From Lingula anatina (Eukaryota; Animalia; Brachiopoda), in the NCBI GenBank assembly GCA_051362555.1, contig CM120646.1:744001-808000 (forward strand): a DNA stretch of 64,000 nt, given 5' to 3'. The position numbers and the translations under genes were made by a program. A model generated the notes under the pieces. It was not told the origin of the DNA and searched no databases. It saw only the letters and a program-made list of their open reading frames with translations. The number at the start of each line of letters is the position of its first letter. The first letter of the stretch is position 1. Positions 1 to 15,100 of this stretch are shown one piece after another.

Positions 1-144
1 GACTTTGATTTTCAGTGCTTTAATGAGTTCTTATACTCATCTTTTTGAACTGATTTGCTTTAGAAAATCAAAATCTCACAGAATGATGTGTGGTTAAAGT
101 TGATGTGTTTGCACACAATTATTATAATTCTATTTCTGTTCCAG

Positions 145-3100
145 ACCATTAAACCTGCTCATATTTCAACTGTAAGGAAGCTGGGCAAGCCACCACACTT
201 AATTATGAGAATTATGGACTGCGTGTTGATTCTGTTCCAAAAATCTGTGGACCCTGTAACACAAGACCCTGAAAGACCTTGTGTAAAACCTTCTTGGGGA
301 GAGTCATTGAAGGTAAAGAAACATATAGTTAGTGTTTGAAATAGAATTCAGTGTATTCATGTTAATGCTTCTGTTTCTATTTTCCAGTTTTTGTCAACGA
401 AATTTATACCTTCCAATTTGTTCTTGATTATTAGCATATAAAAGGTGAAAATATTTTAAAGTGAGTAAAAAACCTGTTAGGTTTAACTGAAATGATGTAT
501 AAAATTACATTCTGTATCAGATATGTGTACATTCCTGCTGTGTAAGTAAAATCTTTGTATTATCCAGCTGATGAGTGGTGGTGGCTTCCTCCAAAGTTTA
601 CAGACCTTCCCTAAAGACAGCATCAATGCAGAGACTGTGGAACTGCTGCAACCCTACCTGGAAATGGAAGACTACAACTTTGACACAGCCAAGAAAGTCT
701 GTGGTGATGTAGCTGGACTCTGCTCCTGGACAAAAGCTATGTCTTTCTTCTATGGTATCAACAAGGAGGTGTTACCTCTAAAGGTATGGCATATTGTTCC
801 TAGGGGAGAACAGAATTCTCTTCAGTTTTGGTTGAACTTTAATGACAGTAATGTGTCAGATTGAAACTGCTGTTTTGGTTGTTTTCTCTTTTGTATTCCC
901 TGTACTTGTATTTGTGTCGCCAGTTGATTGCTTGTAAAATTCAGTTATTATTGATAAAATAATTCAGACATATAATATTTTTGTTTTGTTTTAATGTTTT
1001 AATTGATTGTTAAAATTCATAGTGATTATTTATATTGTTATTTATTTGTGCAGAATTTTGAGTTGGTTCTGTTCACTCAGAGTAGCAGAATTATAAAGTT
1101 AAACATTTTTGGTAACATTATAATTCTGTTTGTCATTCCAGGCTAACCTTGCTGTTCAAGAGGCCAAACTAACTGTAGCCACCAAGGAGTTGAACAGTGC
1201 ACAGGCACAGCTAGATGAAAAGCAGAAAGAACTGGATGCTGTACAGGCAATCTATGATGCAGCTATGAAAGAAAAGCAGGTAATTCAATTAAACTAAATT
1301 ATAATGATTTCAGTTGATCTGTTTTATGGTTAGAGGTGCAATTTCCCTTCTGCTTTATATGTCTAGTTTCTCCCCCTAAACCATTGCTTGAAATTTGATT
1401 AAATGATATTTTAATGATTCTGATATCATTGAAAGGCTGTTCAACCCTAGATAAACACAAAATTCAGTGTGATTTAAAATCCAATTTTTCTTTAAAATAA
1501 ATAAATCATTTACGTTCAGGAACTGCTGGATGATGCAGAAACTTGTCGTAGAAAGATGGATGCTGCGTCGGCTCTCATCAATGGTTTGGCAGGGGAGAAG
1601 GTCAGGTGGACGGCCCAGAGTAAGGAGTTCAAGTCTCAGATTGACAGGTAAAGGGATCATGATGTACTATTTCTTTGATTTGGATGGAAGTGAGATGTTA
1701 ACACCTTCATTTGGTTTTTCTTATCAACTTAGATAAAATTAAAAAGCAGCCTACTCTATAGTTCTATTCTATGAAGAAAATCAAATGTAGATTTACAGTT
1801 TTGTATGCTGACTTCAGTTGCTTTTTCCTTGTCATCAATCATAACAAGTTTACTTTTCTACCATATCACAAGACACTTCAATTTTAAAGGAAGCAAGAGG
1901 TTTTTAAAAAAAGTTTTTATCATTTAGCTGTTTCTCATTTTAGCTCTAATTGTACCACCAGCGTTAGCGCTGGCGGTACACATGGTTTCGGTCCCGTCCG
2001 GATCGTTCCGCCGGCTCCGCCGGACGGCTACCGTTACCGCTTCTCCTCCTAGACGGTAAGGGCCCCCGTACCCATCTCATGGATTTAGGTCACCTATAAT
2101 CTCAACTCGTTCCACGTAAAATTTGGGCTTTGTCGGTATTGGGGTCTGGGTGTGGCACTCATTGCAATGCACCCTTGTCTAAAAATGGCAAAATTAAATG
2201 CTAATTATCTACCCTACGGAAGGAGTTATGGGAAAAATTTCTATAGACGGCTTTCCAAAAGTCATATGTGTAGATTTCAAATATACCCTTGGATTTGACC
2301 TTTGACCTCTACTTCAAGGTCAAATGGGCCAAAATTTTCAAAAAAATGAAAAATTTTACGAAAAAAAATTTTTTTGCCCTGTTATTCAGACACCACACAG
2401 ACTTAACCAATAATATTATTGGAAAGTGTTACCCTTCAGGTCATCTTTCATCTCCATGAATTTGGGGTCAATCGGTGCATTTTCACGGGAGTAGCGGCCA
2501 TAAGATACCGAAACTGAAAACTGTCTCTAATTCGGGAACCGTTAATGCTAGAGACCCATTCTTTTTTGCATTTTGTAGAGCATGTAAAGCCCAACACTGG
2601 AGGTGGTCTCGGTTTTTTTGTATTCCATACGGTTTTCGAGTTACGCTGTATCAAAAAGTACATATTGGTGGTAAAAGCAAAATGTGCAGTACGGTAATGG
2701 ATAATAAATTTTGAACTCTGGAAAAATAAAACATAAGGCTTGGCAAAGCTGACAACTTGTGTTCAAAAATGACATTATTTCATCAAATTTGAACTTCTGA
2801 AACTTCAGAGCACCTCCTATTTCAAGAATTTTGACCAAAATGACATTTTCTTTATTTTAATTAATTTTTTCTGTACGAAATTTAAGGCACATTATGGTAA
2901 CTCCAAAATTATAACATCTAGTCCCTTATATCTCCAAAACTGGCAGAGATAGGTCCATACTTACTATTGAAGTTGAATAGGAAGTCATATACTGGCAATC
3001 TTACTATGACCTTGAAATTGACCTTTGACCTACTTTTCACCATGAACTGAACTTTGCAAATTTTTCTTCCCTTTTATCTCCAAAACTGGCAGAGATAGGT

Positions 3101-6100
3101 CCATAGTTACTATTGAACTTGAATAGGAAGTCATATACTGGCAATCTAAATGTGACCTTAAAATTGACCTTTGACCTACTTTACACCATGAACTGAATTT
3201 TGCAAATTTTGCTTTCCTTTTATCTCCAAAACTGGCTGAGATAGGTCCGTAGTTACTATTGAACTTGAATAGGAAGTCATATACTGGCAATCTAAATGTG
3301 ACCTTAAAATTGACCTTTGACCTACTTTTCACCATAAACTGAACTTTGCAAATTTTGCTTCCCTTTTATCTCCAAAACTGGCAGAGATAGGTCCATAGTT
3401 ACTATTGAACTTGAATAGGAAGTCATATACTGGCAATCTAAATGTGACCTTGAAATTGACCTTTGACCTACCTTTCACCATGAACTGAACTTTGCAAACT
3501 TTTCTTCCCTTTTATCTCCAAAACTGGCTGAGATAGGTCCGTAGTTACTATTGAACTTGAATAGGAAGTCATATACTGGCAATCTATATGTGACATTAAA
3601 ATTGACCTTTGACCTACTTTTCACCATGAACTGAATTTTGCAAATTTTGCTTTCCTTTTATCTCCAAAACTGGCTGAGATAGGTCCGTAGTTACTATTGA
3701 ACTTGAATAGGAAGTCATATACTGGCAATCTAAATGTGACCTTAAAATTGACCTTTGACCTACTTTTCACCATAAACTGAACTTTGCAAATTTTTCTTCC
3801 TTTTTATCTCCAAAACTGGCAGAGATAGGTCCGTAGTTACTATTGAAGTTGAATAGGAAGTCATATACTGGCAATCTAAATGTGACCTTTAAATTGACCT
3901 TTGACCTACTTTACACCATGAACTGAATTTTGCAAATTTTGCTTTCCTTTTATCTCCAAAACTGGCTGAGATAGGTCCGTAGTTACTATTGAACTTGAAT
4001 AGGAAGTCATATACTGGCAATCTAAATGTGACCTTAAAATTGACCTTTGACCTACTTTTCACCATAAACTGAACTTTGCAAATTTTGCTTCCCTTTTATC
4101 TCCAAAACTGGCAGAGATAGGTCCATAGTTACTATTGAACTTGAATAGGAAGTCATATACTGGCAATCTAAATGTGACCTTGAAATTGACCTTTGACCTA
4201 CCTTTCACCATGAACTGAACTTTGCAAACTTTTCTTCCCTTTTATCTCCAAAACTGGCTGAGATAGGTCCATAGTTACTATTGAACTTGAAAAGGAAATC
4301 ATATACTGGCAATCTAAATATGACCTTAAAATTGACCTTTGACCTACTTTACACCATGAACTGAATTTTGCAAATTTTGCTTTCCTTTTATCTCCAAAAC
4401 TGGCTGAGATAGGTCCGTTGTTACTATTGAACTTGAATAGGAAGTCATATACTGGCAATCTAAATGTGACCTTAAAATTGACCTTTGACCTACTTTTCAC
4501 CATAAACTGAACTTTGCAAATTTTGCTTCCCTTTTATCTCCAAAACTGGCAGAGATAGGTCCATAGTTACTATTGAACTTGAATAGGAAGTCATATACTG
4601 GCAATCTAAATGTGACATTAAAATTGACCTTTGTCCTACTTTTATCCATAAACTGAACTTTGCAAATTTTGCTTCCCTTTTATCTCCAAAACTGGCAGAG
4701 ATAGGTCCATAGTTACTATTGAACTTGAATAGGAAGTCATATACTGGCATTATAAATGTGACATTAAAATTGACCTTTGTCCTACTTTTATCCATAAACT
4801 GAACTTTGCAAATTTTGCTTCCCTTTTATCTCCAAAACTGGCAGAGATAGGTCCATAGATACTATTGAACTTGAATAGAAAGTCATATACTGGCAATCTA
4901 AATGTGACCTTGAAATTGACCTTTGACCTACTTTTCAACATGAACTGAATTTTGCAAATTTTGCTTCCCTTTTATCTCCAAAACTGGCTGAGATAGGTCC
5001 ATAGTTACTATTGAAGTTGAATAGGAAGTCCTATACTGGCAATCTAAGTGTGACCTTGAAATTGACCTTTGACCTACTTTTTATCATGAACTGAACTCTG
5101 CTAATTTCTTTCTCTTTTAACTTCAAACTTGACAGAGATAGGTCCATAGTTACTCTTGAGCTTGAATAGGAAGTCATATACTGGCAATTTACTGTGACCT
5201 TGAAATTGACCCTTGACCTACCTTACGAAGAACTTAAATTTGATTGTACCATATATATTTTTTGCAATAGTTTAAAAATTCTTGTTGATTGCATTTTTAC
5301 AGGTTGTCAAGCACAAAACTGGTGGCTGTGTCCCTTATTTTGTGTATGTGGGGGTCTATACAAATGCGTTTTCTCCAGCTGGTGGTACAATATTTGGAGG
5401 CAGTATCGCCTCTCTGATCCTCTAGTTTTTAATCCTAATTTAATGCACTATGTTATTAACTGTTTTATTTTCACATTTCAACCTTAAGGCTTTTTATAAG
5501 GCTTTTATTATTTCTACTAGTGTTTTGCACTGAGATCACTTTTAAAAACTCAGACAGAATTCAATTTCTGATATATATTTTACATATATATCATTATGTT
5601 AGCTGAATAAAATTTATTATCAACCGTTATTGAACATTCCAGATTGGTTGGTGATGTTCTACTGTGCACTGGGTTCCTGTCATATGCTGGTCCATTCAAC
5701 CAAGAGTTCAGAACCACACTGAGGAACAACTGGCAGTCTGAGATGATGAAACGTAGAATTCCTTTTACCACTGACCTCAACATCACAGATATGTTGGTGG
5801 ACAACGCTACAGTAAGGATGCTTGACTAGCAAAGAGAAATGATTTGATGATTGATTTACTTAGAAAAAAGATATTGTCTTGTTTTAAAATTGTAGTTTAC
5901 TTTCTTTCATTTTACAGTCATTCTTTGCTAGTGGTGCACTGCGGGGGGACCATAACAAGAATGTAATTTAAATTTAGATAGCCGACCAAATTCTCATGAC
6001 ATCGTTGTGTATGTTTCAATAACAAATCAAAGAAGCTGCATGAGCAAGGAGGATGTTGTTATAAAAGCAAAAAAAGAGAAAAAGCAGAAAATATATCGAA

Positions 6101-9100
6101 ATTACCCTCAAAATGGCGTCCTTTTTTGTGGAATTTCGACCCTACCTCTATTTAGGAACAGTTTGTTTAGGGTTTGAATGAATTATTGAAGCAGGGAATA
6201 CACCTACTGCAAGAAGATATAATAAACAGAATGTGCAAATGGTTATTTAAATAAAAATTTATTTGAAGTCACTGAAAAATGATCACAAAATTAGCTTAAC
6301 TTACGATACATGCGGTGTCCCACCCCGATGAAAATTTCATCTAATCCTATCTTTCCGTATTAAAACTGTTAAATCGTCCAAAATAGTATGTCGGTTAGTT
6401 TGTGTCACGAAATCCATGATAATATCAGTTTTCTTAAGAATTTCACATTTATTGCTCAGCAAGGTCGATTTTTCTTCACCGCGTCCCAATATAACGTTCG
6501 CAACGCTGAAACTTCAGAGATCGATTCTTATCAGACGACTTTAAAATGCCGCGTGAAAATTATACATCGATAGCGATCTTCTTCCATACTCACTAACTGA
6601 TGACGTCTTACACACGAATGGCTTCTTTTGCACACTAAAAAAACCAGCTCAAACTGGCGGGTGGCCCATTCTGATAACACGTCACGCAATGACGCTGTCG
6701 AGATAGGATACAGGGCACAGGTGTAATTCCCTCGATTTAACCGTCACAGGATTGTTTATTGGGATCTTCTTTGTATGAAGGTGAGAAATAATGAGTTTCG
6801 TTTCATTTTTCTTCAATTGTTTCAACATATTTGTGTACCGATTGATTTTTACCATTCTATAAGTAGGGTGACTTCGTCTGAACTTTCGTTTTGCGTCTGT
6901 GTCACATGGGGGACTAAAGGTCGGGGTCCGCCATATAGATAAACGTCCCAATAAAATATTCGCCCCGATAGATACGTCTCTATACATACACGTCTCAATA
7001 GATTTACGTCTCGTTAAATTTACGTTCCGATAGATCCACCAACAGATTCCTATAAACCCACGTATCTTTAGATCCAGGTACCGCTAGATCCATCTATCTG
7101 ACATCGTGATCGGCTAAAAGGCCCATATCAACTTGCGTTGTGAAATTTAGAACACATTTTTATGTTCTTTTTTGTTTTGTTTTGTTTAGAACACATTTAC
7201 ATGTAAATTCAGAACACTTTTTACGTGTTCGAATGTTGCATTTTGAGAACGCTTTAAACAGTGTTCTGACGCTAGAACAGTAATTAAGCGTTGTGAAATA
7301 TAGAACACACTTTTGTTCTTTTTATGTTCTTTCACTGAGTATTGTGTGAAAACGATCTAGTAGAATAATATATTGCTGACTGCGTACTGCCGTTTTAAAG
7401 AAGTGCATTTTATGTACTGAGTAGTATACCAACCATTTCGAGCAATAGTGTAGGCCTACCTGTAATGGATCTATCGGTATTTGGATCTAAAAATACGTGG
7501 ATCTATAGGTATGCGGATTTAAAGGACGTGGGTTTATGAGGACGTCATATCTATAGGAACGCAAATATATAGGACAGCAGAAAAAAATCGGATCTATCGG
7601 TATTTAAATCTAAAAAGACGTTTTTTCCGTTTTTCCTTTATGTATCTATCGGTAACGGGAGTATAGAGACGTGTAATATTTTGGGACTAAATTTTATCCG
7701 TACGTACCCTAAAGGTCATATTGAACATGGTGACGCGGTGATAACGTATTCATGTTCTCTTGTTCTCGAAAACTCAACCATCGAAATTGAATTACTTTTT
7801 TTTTAGTTTTGTCTTAAATTAAGCTGCTACACTGTATTCCGTGCGTTTAAAATTTAACCGTCTGTAAAAACAGCAATAATGGATTACTAGCAACACTTAC
7901 GTTACGCAATGAAGCACCGAAAATGGGTGAAGAAAATGTGTCTCAGTAATGCGTGTTTGCCACTCATAATGCACTGTACTTTGTTTGAATAAGCAATAAA
8001 CTATTTGTGATCTTAGGTTATCCATTGTTCGTTATCAGAGTTAACAGATTCTTTGTGTGATTTTTTTTCGGAATCCCAAGAGTGGATGCCTTAGTGAGCA
8101 CAGAACAGATATCACCATTGGTCTACATATGTCAGGAAGAATGTTATAATTATGAACTTTGTGTTACACTGAACTTCATTTTGTTAAATTTTGTATTTAA
8201 CTGAACTTTATTGTGTTAAAATAATAATAAAAAAATAATATTTCTGATAAAAAACTACAATCTGGAACATTCTTTAGATCAACTTTGTTCAGTGTGTGTC
8301 CCATATGACAGAGTTACAGTAAATAAAATATGTGCATTATTCCTCTGTGTTTGTCAATTCCATTTTAAAAGCATGTGAAAGTGGTGTGCCCCTCATGAAT
8401 GAAGTGTGTATGGATAATAGCAAAAATATTGTTATTATTTACATGATTATAAAAAGTTTTTGTACCCGCGTCAATAACGTTACCGTGACCCACATATTCA
8501 CCATTTTTATTAATTATGAAATGTGGATTAAATTCTTCAAAACCAGTTTTGAAGCATTGAGACAACACCCCCTTATGATTTAAACTAAAACTGAAAACAT
8601 TCCATTAGACTTTCATTAGTTTGTGCAAAATATATTACCCAGGGTAACGCGTCTTGGATTTGGTGGGTATAGCTGTTCAACTCTCCTGTGTGCCCTAAAA
8701 AGGGCAGCTGCTGTTTCCCTTTTTATGAAATGATAAACTGTGATGGTGTAGCTATCACATCGCAAAATTACAGCTTCCCAGAGAAAGTTTGAAATTTTTG
8801 GTCAAATTCAACATTTTGTAACCACTAGCAAAGAATGACACTTTATGAAACTTGGTTTATTTTAAATTGTGATGTTATTAACTGAAAGTTATTTTTATCT
8901 TTGAATTTGAACTACCTAAATTAATGTATATGCTCAATACCTGTTGATTCATTATGTAAAAATGTCTATTTTGTTAGATAGGAGAGTGGAACCTTCAAGG
9001 CCTTCCCAATGATGACCTGTCTATTCAGAATGGTATCATTGTCACCAAGGCAACAAGATATCCACTACTCATTGACCCTCAGGGACAGGGCAAGAACTGG

Positions 9101-12100
9101 ATCAAGAACAGGGAGAAAGACAGAGAACTGCAGGTTGGTCTTCCTTGTATACTGTGATTATTGTACCATCAGAGTTAGCACAGGGGGTACACGTGGTCTA
9201 GCCAAGTAGAAAATTAAAATAGTGGGTTAAAAAATTGTGTCAGTTACCTTATATGAGCTTATAGAGAAATATTTTTATTGAAGATTCTTTCCATCAGTTT
9301 TGTGCGATCATTAACTTGGTGAAAAGTAATTACAGCAAATATTTAAATTTCCATCACCTATTTATTGCTTAAGGAAAAAGCTGCTGAACTAAAAAAAACA
9401 TGTTGACAGAATATTAGTTTTTATGTGTATACGTTGACTGACTATTGAATCATCTTGAATTCCTAGTTGACATCATTGAACCACAAGTATTTCCGCACCC
9501 ACATGGAGGATGCCCTGTCTCTGGGCAGACCACTGCTGATAGAGGATGTATCTGAAGAGCTGGACCCTGCCCTGGACAATGTTCTGGAGAAGAACTTTAT
9601 TAAGTCTGGGAGAACTTATAAAGTAAAAGTGGGTGACAAGGAGGTGGATGTCATGGACGGGTTCTACCTGTATATTACCACCAAGTTACCCAACCCAGCC
9701 TATACACCAGAGGTAGGTATACTCTTTATAATCACCAAAATCAAATTAACCTGATAGATTGTTTCAAGAATCATGCACAGATTGTGCTTGTAACATACAT
9801 TTTTATATATATTTATTTTACACAAAGGGCATTATGGGAGTAACACTAACTTACCAGAACTTTTTACCTTTAGATAAGTGCCAGGACTTCCATAATTGAC
9901 TTCACTGTAACTATGAAAGGATTAGAAGACCAGTTACTTGGAAGAGTAATCCTTACTGAAAAACAGGTGAGATGTTGATATGGCAGATACAGGTACTAGA
10001 AGGTGTGGTTTGTATGAGGTAACCTGGTCTAGTAGCAATATTTTTTATGTACACTGGGAACCATTAAACTTAATTAAAGTAATAAGAAGTAATACTAGGC
10101 TATAGATACTAATGGTATACACTAAGCAGTTGATTTCATTACAGTGTTGACATATCTGACAATAAAATATTTGTCTGTAGGAACTTGAAGCAGAGCGCAC
10201 TAAACTGATGGAGGATGTCACATCCAACAAACGCAAGATGCAAGAACTGGAAGACAATCTCCTGTACAAACTCACCAGTACAAAGGTATGGACAAGATGG
10301 AGCAGTATGGAAGGCTTATTGTGAGCCATTTGTTACATAGTTTATGCCTTACATAGATCTTAATTTAGGAGTAGTTTATGATTTCATTAATTGAAAAAAA
10401 ATTTTTTTTTCTTGCTTTATGAATAGTAAATAGTTCCCTTTAAAAATAACTAATTATTATCTCTTATAGATAAGTGTCTATTCAAATGCTTTTTTGTGTG
10501 AAAGATTCATTGGCATTTTTCTTTGGAACCCAGGTTAAGATAACAATAAAATGCAATGTACGTTTTCAATTGGCAGGGCTCTCTGGTAGATGATGAATCC
10601 TTGATCTCTGTGTTGGCAGTAACCAAGCAAACTGCAGCTGAAGTGAGTGAGAAACTTGCAGTTGCTGCTGAAACTGAAATAAAAATTAATGACGCAAGAG
10701 AGGAGTTTAGACCAGGTAATTACTGTTATGTGCCTGTTAAAAGTTTCTAAAAGTCCTGAACGACAGAGACGTGTAGAATTACCATAATGCACTAGTCTAA
10801 ACAGAAAAGAATATTAAAATACCATTGTTGTTCAACAAAATATTGGATCAATATTTTTTTCTGTAACATTAATTAATATACATGTCATTGTGGGAATTGA
10901 TAGTACCATGAAAGTGTTGTTTTGTGTTCTAGTTGCCACTGAAGGCAGTATTCTGTATTTCCTGATCTGTGAAATGAGTATGGTGAACACCATGTATCAG
11001 ACTTCCCTCAAACAGTTCCTGGGCTTGTTTGACCACTCCATGGCAAGGTAAAGAATGGTTCTTTGCATTTAAATGGTGTGCTTTGCTTATTATTGGTCCT
11101 ACTTCATACCCACAATTTTTTACAAGTAACTTGTGCACATTGATGATCTAATTATTATATTGGTATCAAACAGCACATATAGATAGTGTATTAAAAATAG
11201 AATAGAAATGGGATCTGATATGGAACCATTATATACTGAGCTCAAGTATATATAGGAACTTGTCATTGATGCCAAAGTAGGAATGTTGAAAAACTGCATT
11301 TGTAAAGATATTGGGCATGTCAAACTGATCAATTTACCCGTCCACTTTCAGATCAGACAAGTCTCCTGTGACTTCCAAGCGTATCAACAACATCATCGAC
11401 TACCTGAGGTTTGAGGTGTTTGCCTACTCCTGTCGGGGGCTGTATGAGAACCACAAGTTCCTGTTCACCTTGCTGCTCTGTCTCAAGATTGACACACAGA
11501 AGGGCAATGTCTCTCACCAGGAGTTTCAGATACTCATCAAAGGTTGGTTAACTGTTGTACATAGTACAATGTGGGTGACACTGTGTCAATTAAGGCTTGT
11601 GTTAGACTGTATTTGTCCTATTGGTAAGTTAGTGTATATAACCTTCTGTTTATTTCTGCAAAAATATATATGCTTGCTTTTGTCCGTGGCCTTTTCTGTA
11701 AATGATACATAATACTATTTTAAGATAGAATAACAGCTGATTTGTTGTAACTATTGATTTTTAAAAATTGGCACATTTTATAGTTATTTGTCTAATATTC
11801 TACTAATTTTTGTTGAGATTGGTCACTTTTATACAACAATTTAATTAGTTCTTTGAAAGAGAAATATCTTAGTAGACTTAAAATTCTCCAACCTTGACTA
11901 AAGTCACTATCATCCCCAGGTGGTGCTGCCTTGGACCTGAATGCAGTTCAACCTAAACCATGCAAGTGGATTCTGGACATGACCTGGCTGAACCTGGTAG
12001 AGCTCAGCAAACTGGGCCAGTTCAGAGACATCTTACACCAGGTAAGGAGGCATTACGTGTGTCTTTATTGATACTTCTGGAGTGTTTAGTATATGTGTTA

Positions 12101-15100
12101 TCAGTAAACAACCAGAACAACTTTCATATGTTTTTTTTTTTTTTTTTTTTTTTTTGTTAAATAATAATGTTATTTACAAACCATGCCTGTATAGCCAGCT
12201 ATTTTAAAGGAGTTGTTTTTCTAAAAAAATGTAGACCCACCGAATCTAGCAGTTGATCCAAATTAGAGAATTTGTGTAAAATCAAAGCCAAATTTTGATG
12301 TAGAGTGGACCTTTTGCAGCAGAACTGGAGGTTCTTTTTACATAAATGACATCTTCTTACTAGTAATTTATGGTAAATGTGCGCATGCACACACATACAC
12401 ACACACACGCCAGATGGCTGTGCTTTTTATGTACAGACACAGATGTGTCTGTACATATAGCCATCATCTGCGTCTGTCGTCGCCGTCGCCGTCGTCGCTG
12501 TCGCCGTCGTCGCCGTCGTCGCCGTCGCCGTGCACTTTTACCGATAACACGATAAGTGGAAAACCATTTTGCCTTTTGATTTGAAACTTGCAGAACTGAT
12601 GAATATTCATAATACGCAGGTCAAGTTCGAAAATCAGCATGACCGGGTCACTCTTAGGGAATTTATGCTGTTTTTTCACTTTTTTCAACATATATGCAGC
12701 ACCGATAACACGATAAGTGGAAAACCATTGTACCTTTTGACTTGAAACTTACAGAACTGATGAATATTCATAATATGCAGGTCAAGTTCGAAAATCGGCA
12801 TGATTGGGCCATTTTTAGGGAATTTATGCTGTTTTTTCACTTTTCAATATAAATGCAACACTGATAACACAATATAAGAAAAACGGATTGGCCAATTGGC
12901 ATTATATTCACAGGAGTGGTCAATCTTACTAAAACGCAGGTTGAGTTCGAGAATCAGCATAATCGGGCCATTATTTTAGAAGTTATACTGTTTTTTCACA
13001 TTTCCTCAGATTCAATTATTAGGCATGTTAACAGTCTCATTATTGAACTTATTAGATGCGTAAAAGTGTTTGTTTGATATTTCCTGCATCTTTACAACAT
13101 TGTTAGTTGATTATGTAAAAAAACATTGTAAACTTGTTATCATGTATTGTGTAATAAAGTGTCAAAAATGGAAATAAACTCATATCATTGCAGTTTGTCA
13201 GATTCAATCATCCACTATGTTCAGAATCTCAGAATGGAGGAAATTGGACATTTAACACTGTTCTATTGATACTTTTCCCATCTCATCAATTTTCTTAGTT
13301 GGTCATATAAAAATGGCAGTAAAATGTTTATTTTGTTTTATGTTAAAAAAGTGTTAAAAATGGAAATAAACCCATTTCAGAACAGTGCTGTCTTGTTTAC
13401 ATTTTGGCATTTTTATGTACAGACACAGATGTGTCTGTACATATAGCCGTCATCTGCGTCTGTCGTCGCCGCCGTCGCCGTCGTTGCCGTCGCCGTGCAC
13501 TTTTACCGATAACACGATAAATGGAAAACTGTTTTTTCTTTTGGTATGAAACTTACAGAACTGATGAATATTCATAATACGCAGGTCAAGTTCGAAAATC
13601 AGCATGATCGGGTCACTTTCAGGGAATTTATGCTGTTTTTTCACTTTTTTCAGCATATATGCAGCACTGATAACACGATAAGTGGAAAACCATTTTACCT
13701 TTTGACTTGAAACTTACAAAACTGATGAATATTCATAATACGCAGGTCAAGTTCGAAAATCAGCATGATCGGGTCACTTTTAGGGAATTTATGCTGTTTT
13801 TTCACTTTTTTCAGCATATATGCAGCACCGATAACACGATAAGTGAAAAACCATTTTACCTTTTGGCTTGAAAGTTACAGAACTGATGAATATTCATAAT
13901 ACGCAGGTCAAGTTCGAAAATCAGCATGATCGGGTCATTTTTAGGGAATTTATGCTGTTTTTTCACTTTTTTCAGCATATATGCAACCCCGATAACACGA
14001 TAAGTGGAAAACCATTCTACCTTTTGGCTTGAAACTTACAAAACTGATTAATATTCATAATACACAGGTCAAGTTCGAAAATCAGCATGATTGGGTCATT
14101 TTTAGGGAATTTATGCTGTTTTTTCACTTTTTTTCAGCATATATGCAGCACCGATAACACCATAAGTGGAAAACCAATTTACTTTTTGGCTTGAAACTTG
14201 CAGAACTGATAAATATTCATAAAACACAAGTCAAGTTCGAAAATCAGCATGATTCGATTATTGTTAGGGAATTTATGCTGTTTTTTCACTTTTTTCAGCA
14301 TATATGCAGCACTGATAACACAATAAGTGGAAAACTGTTTTTTCATTTGGCTTGAAACTTACAGAACTAATGAATATACCTAATAAGCAGGTCAAGTTTG
14401 AAAATCAGCAAGATCGGGCAATTTTTATGGAAGTTATCCTGTTTTTGTTTTTTTTCAATTTTTTCAGCACTTTTATAACACCGATAACATGATAAGTGTA
14501 AAAATGTTTTTCCTTTCCTTGGATTGAAATTTACAGAACTGGTGAATATTTATAATACGCAGGTCAAGTTTGAAAATTGGCATGATTGGACTATTTTTAC
14601 AAAAGTAATGCTGTTTTTTTCCCTTTATTCAGCATACATGCAACACTGATAACGCATTTTAAGGAAAACCAATCAGCCTTTTGTCTTGCAACTCACAGGA
14701 GTGATCAATCTGACCAGTATACAGATCAAGTTTGAAAATAAGCTTGATCAGTTAAGTTTTGATGAAGTTATTAGCCTTTTTGTATATAAGTGGTTTTTCT
14801 TCAGATTTAATTCTTAAGCATGTTAACAGTCTCATAACGGTACTAATTGGATATGTTAAAGTGTTGTTTTAACATTTTCTGCTTCTTAACAATATTGTTA
14901 GTTGATCATATAAAAATGACGGTAAACCTATTATCCTGCATTGTGTAATAAAGTATCAAAAATGGAAAGGAACTCATCATTGCAGTTCGTCAGATGCAAT
15001 CATTCACTATGTTCAGAATCTCCAAATGGAGCTAATTGGACATTATAAATTGTTCTATTGATATTTTTCCTATGTCAACAATTTTCCTAGTTGAACATTT

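Noticed and set aside
3030-4941. Repeated ~101-aa ORFs ([14 protein letters not shown]...)
   Set aside because: Chance frames across the 146-bp satellite; unit length is not a multiple of 3 and there is no protein signature
10941-10943. Dynein VATEGS where I recall VATRGS in homologues
   Set aside because: Single residue compared from memory without an alignment; no basis to infer a functional effect
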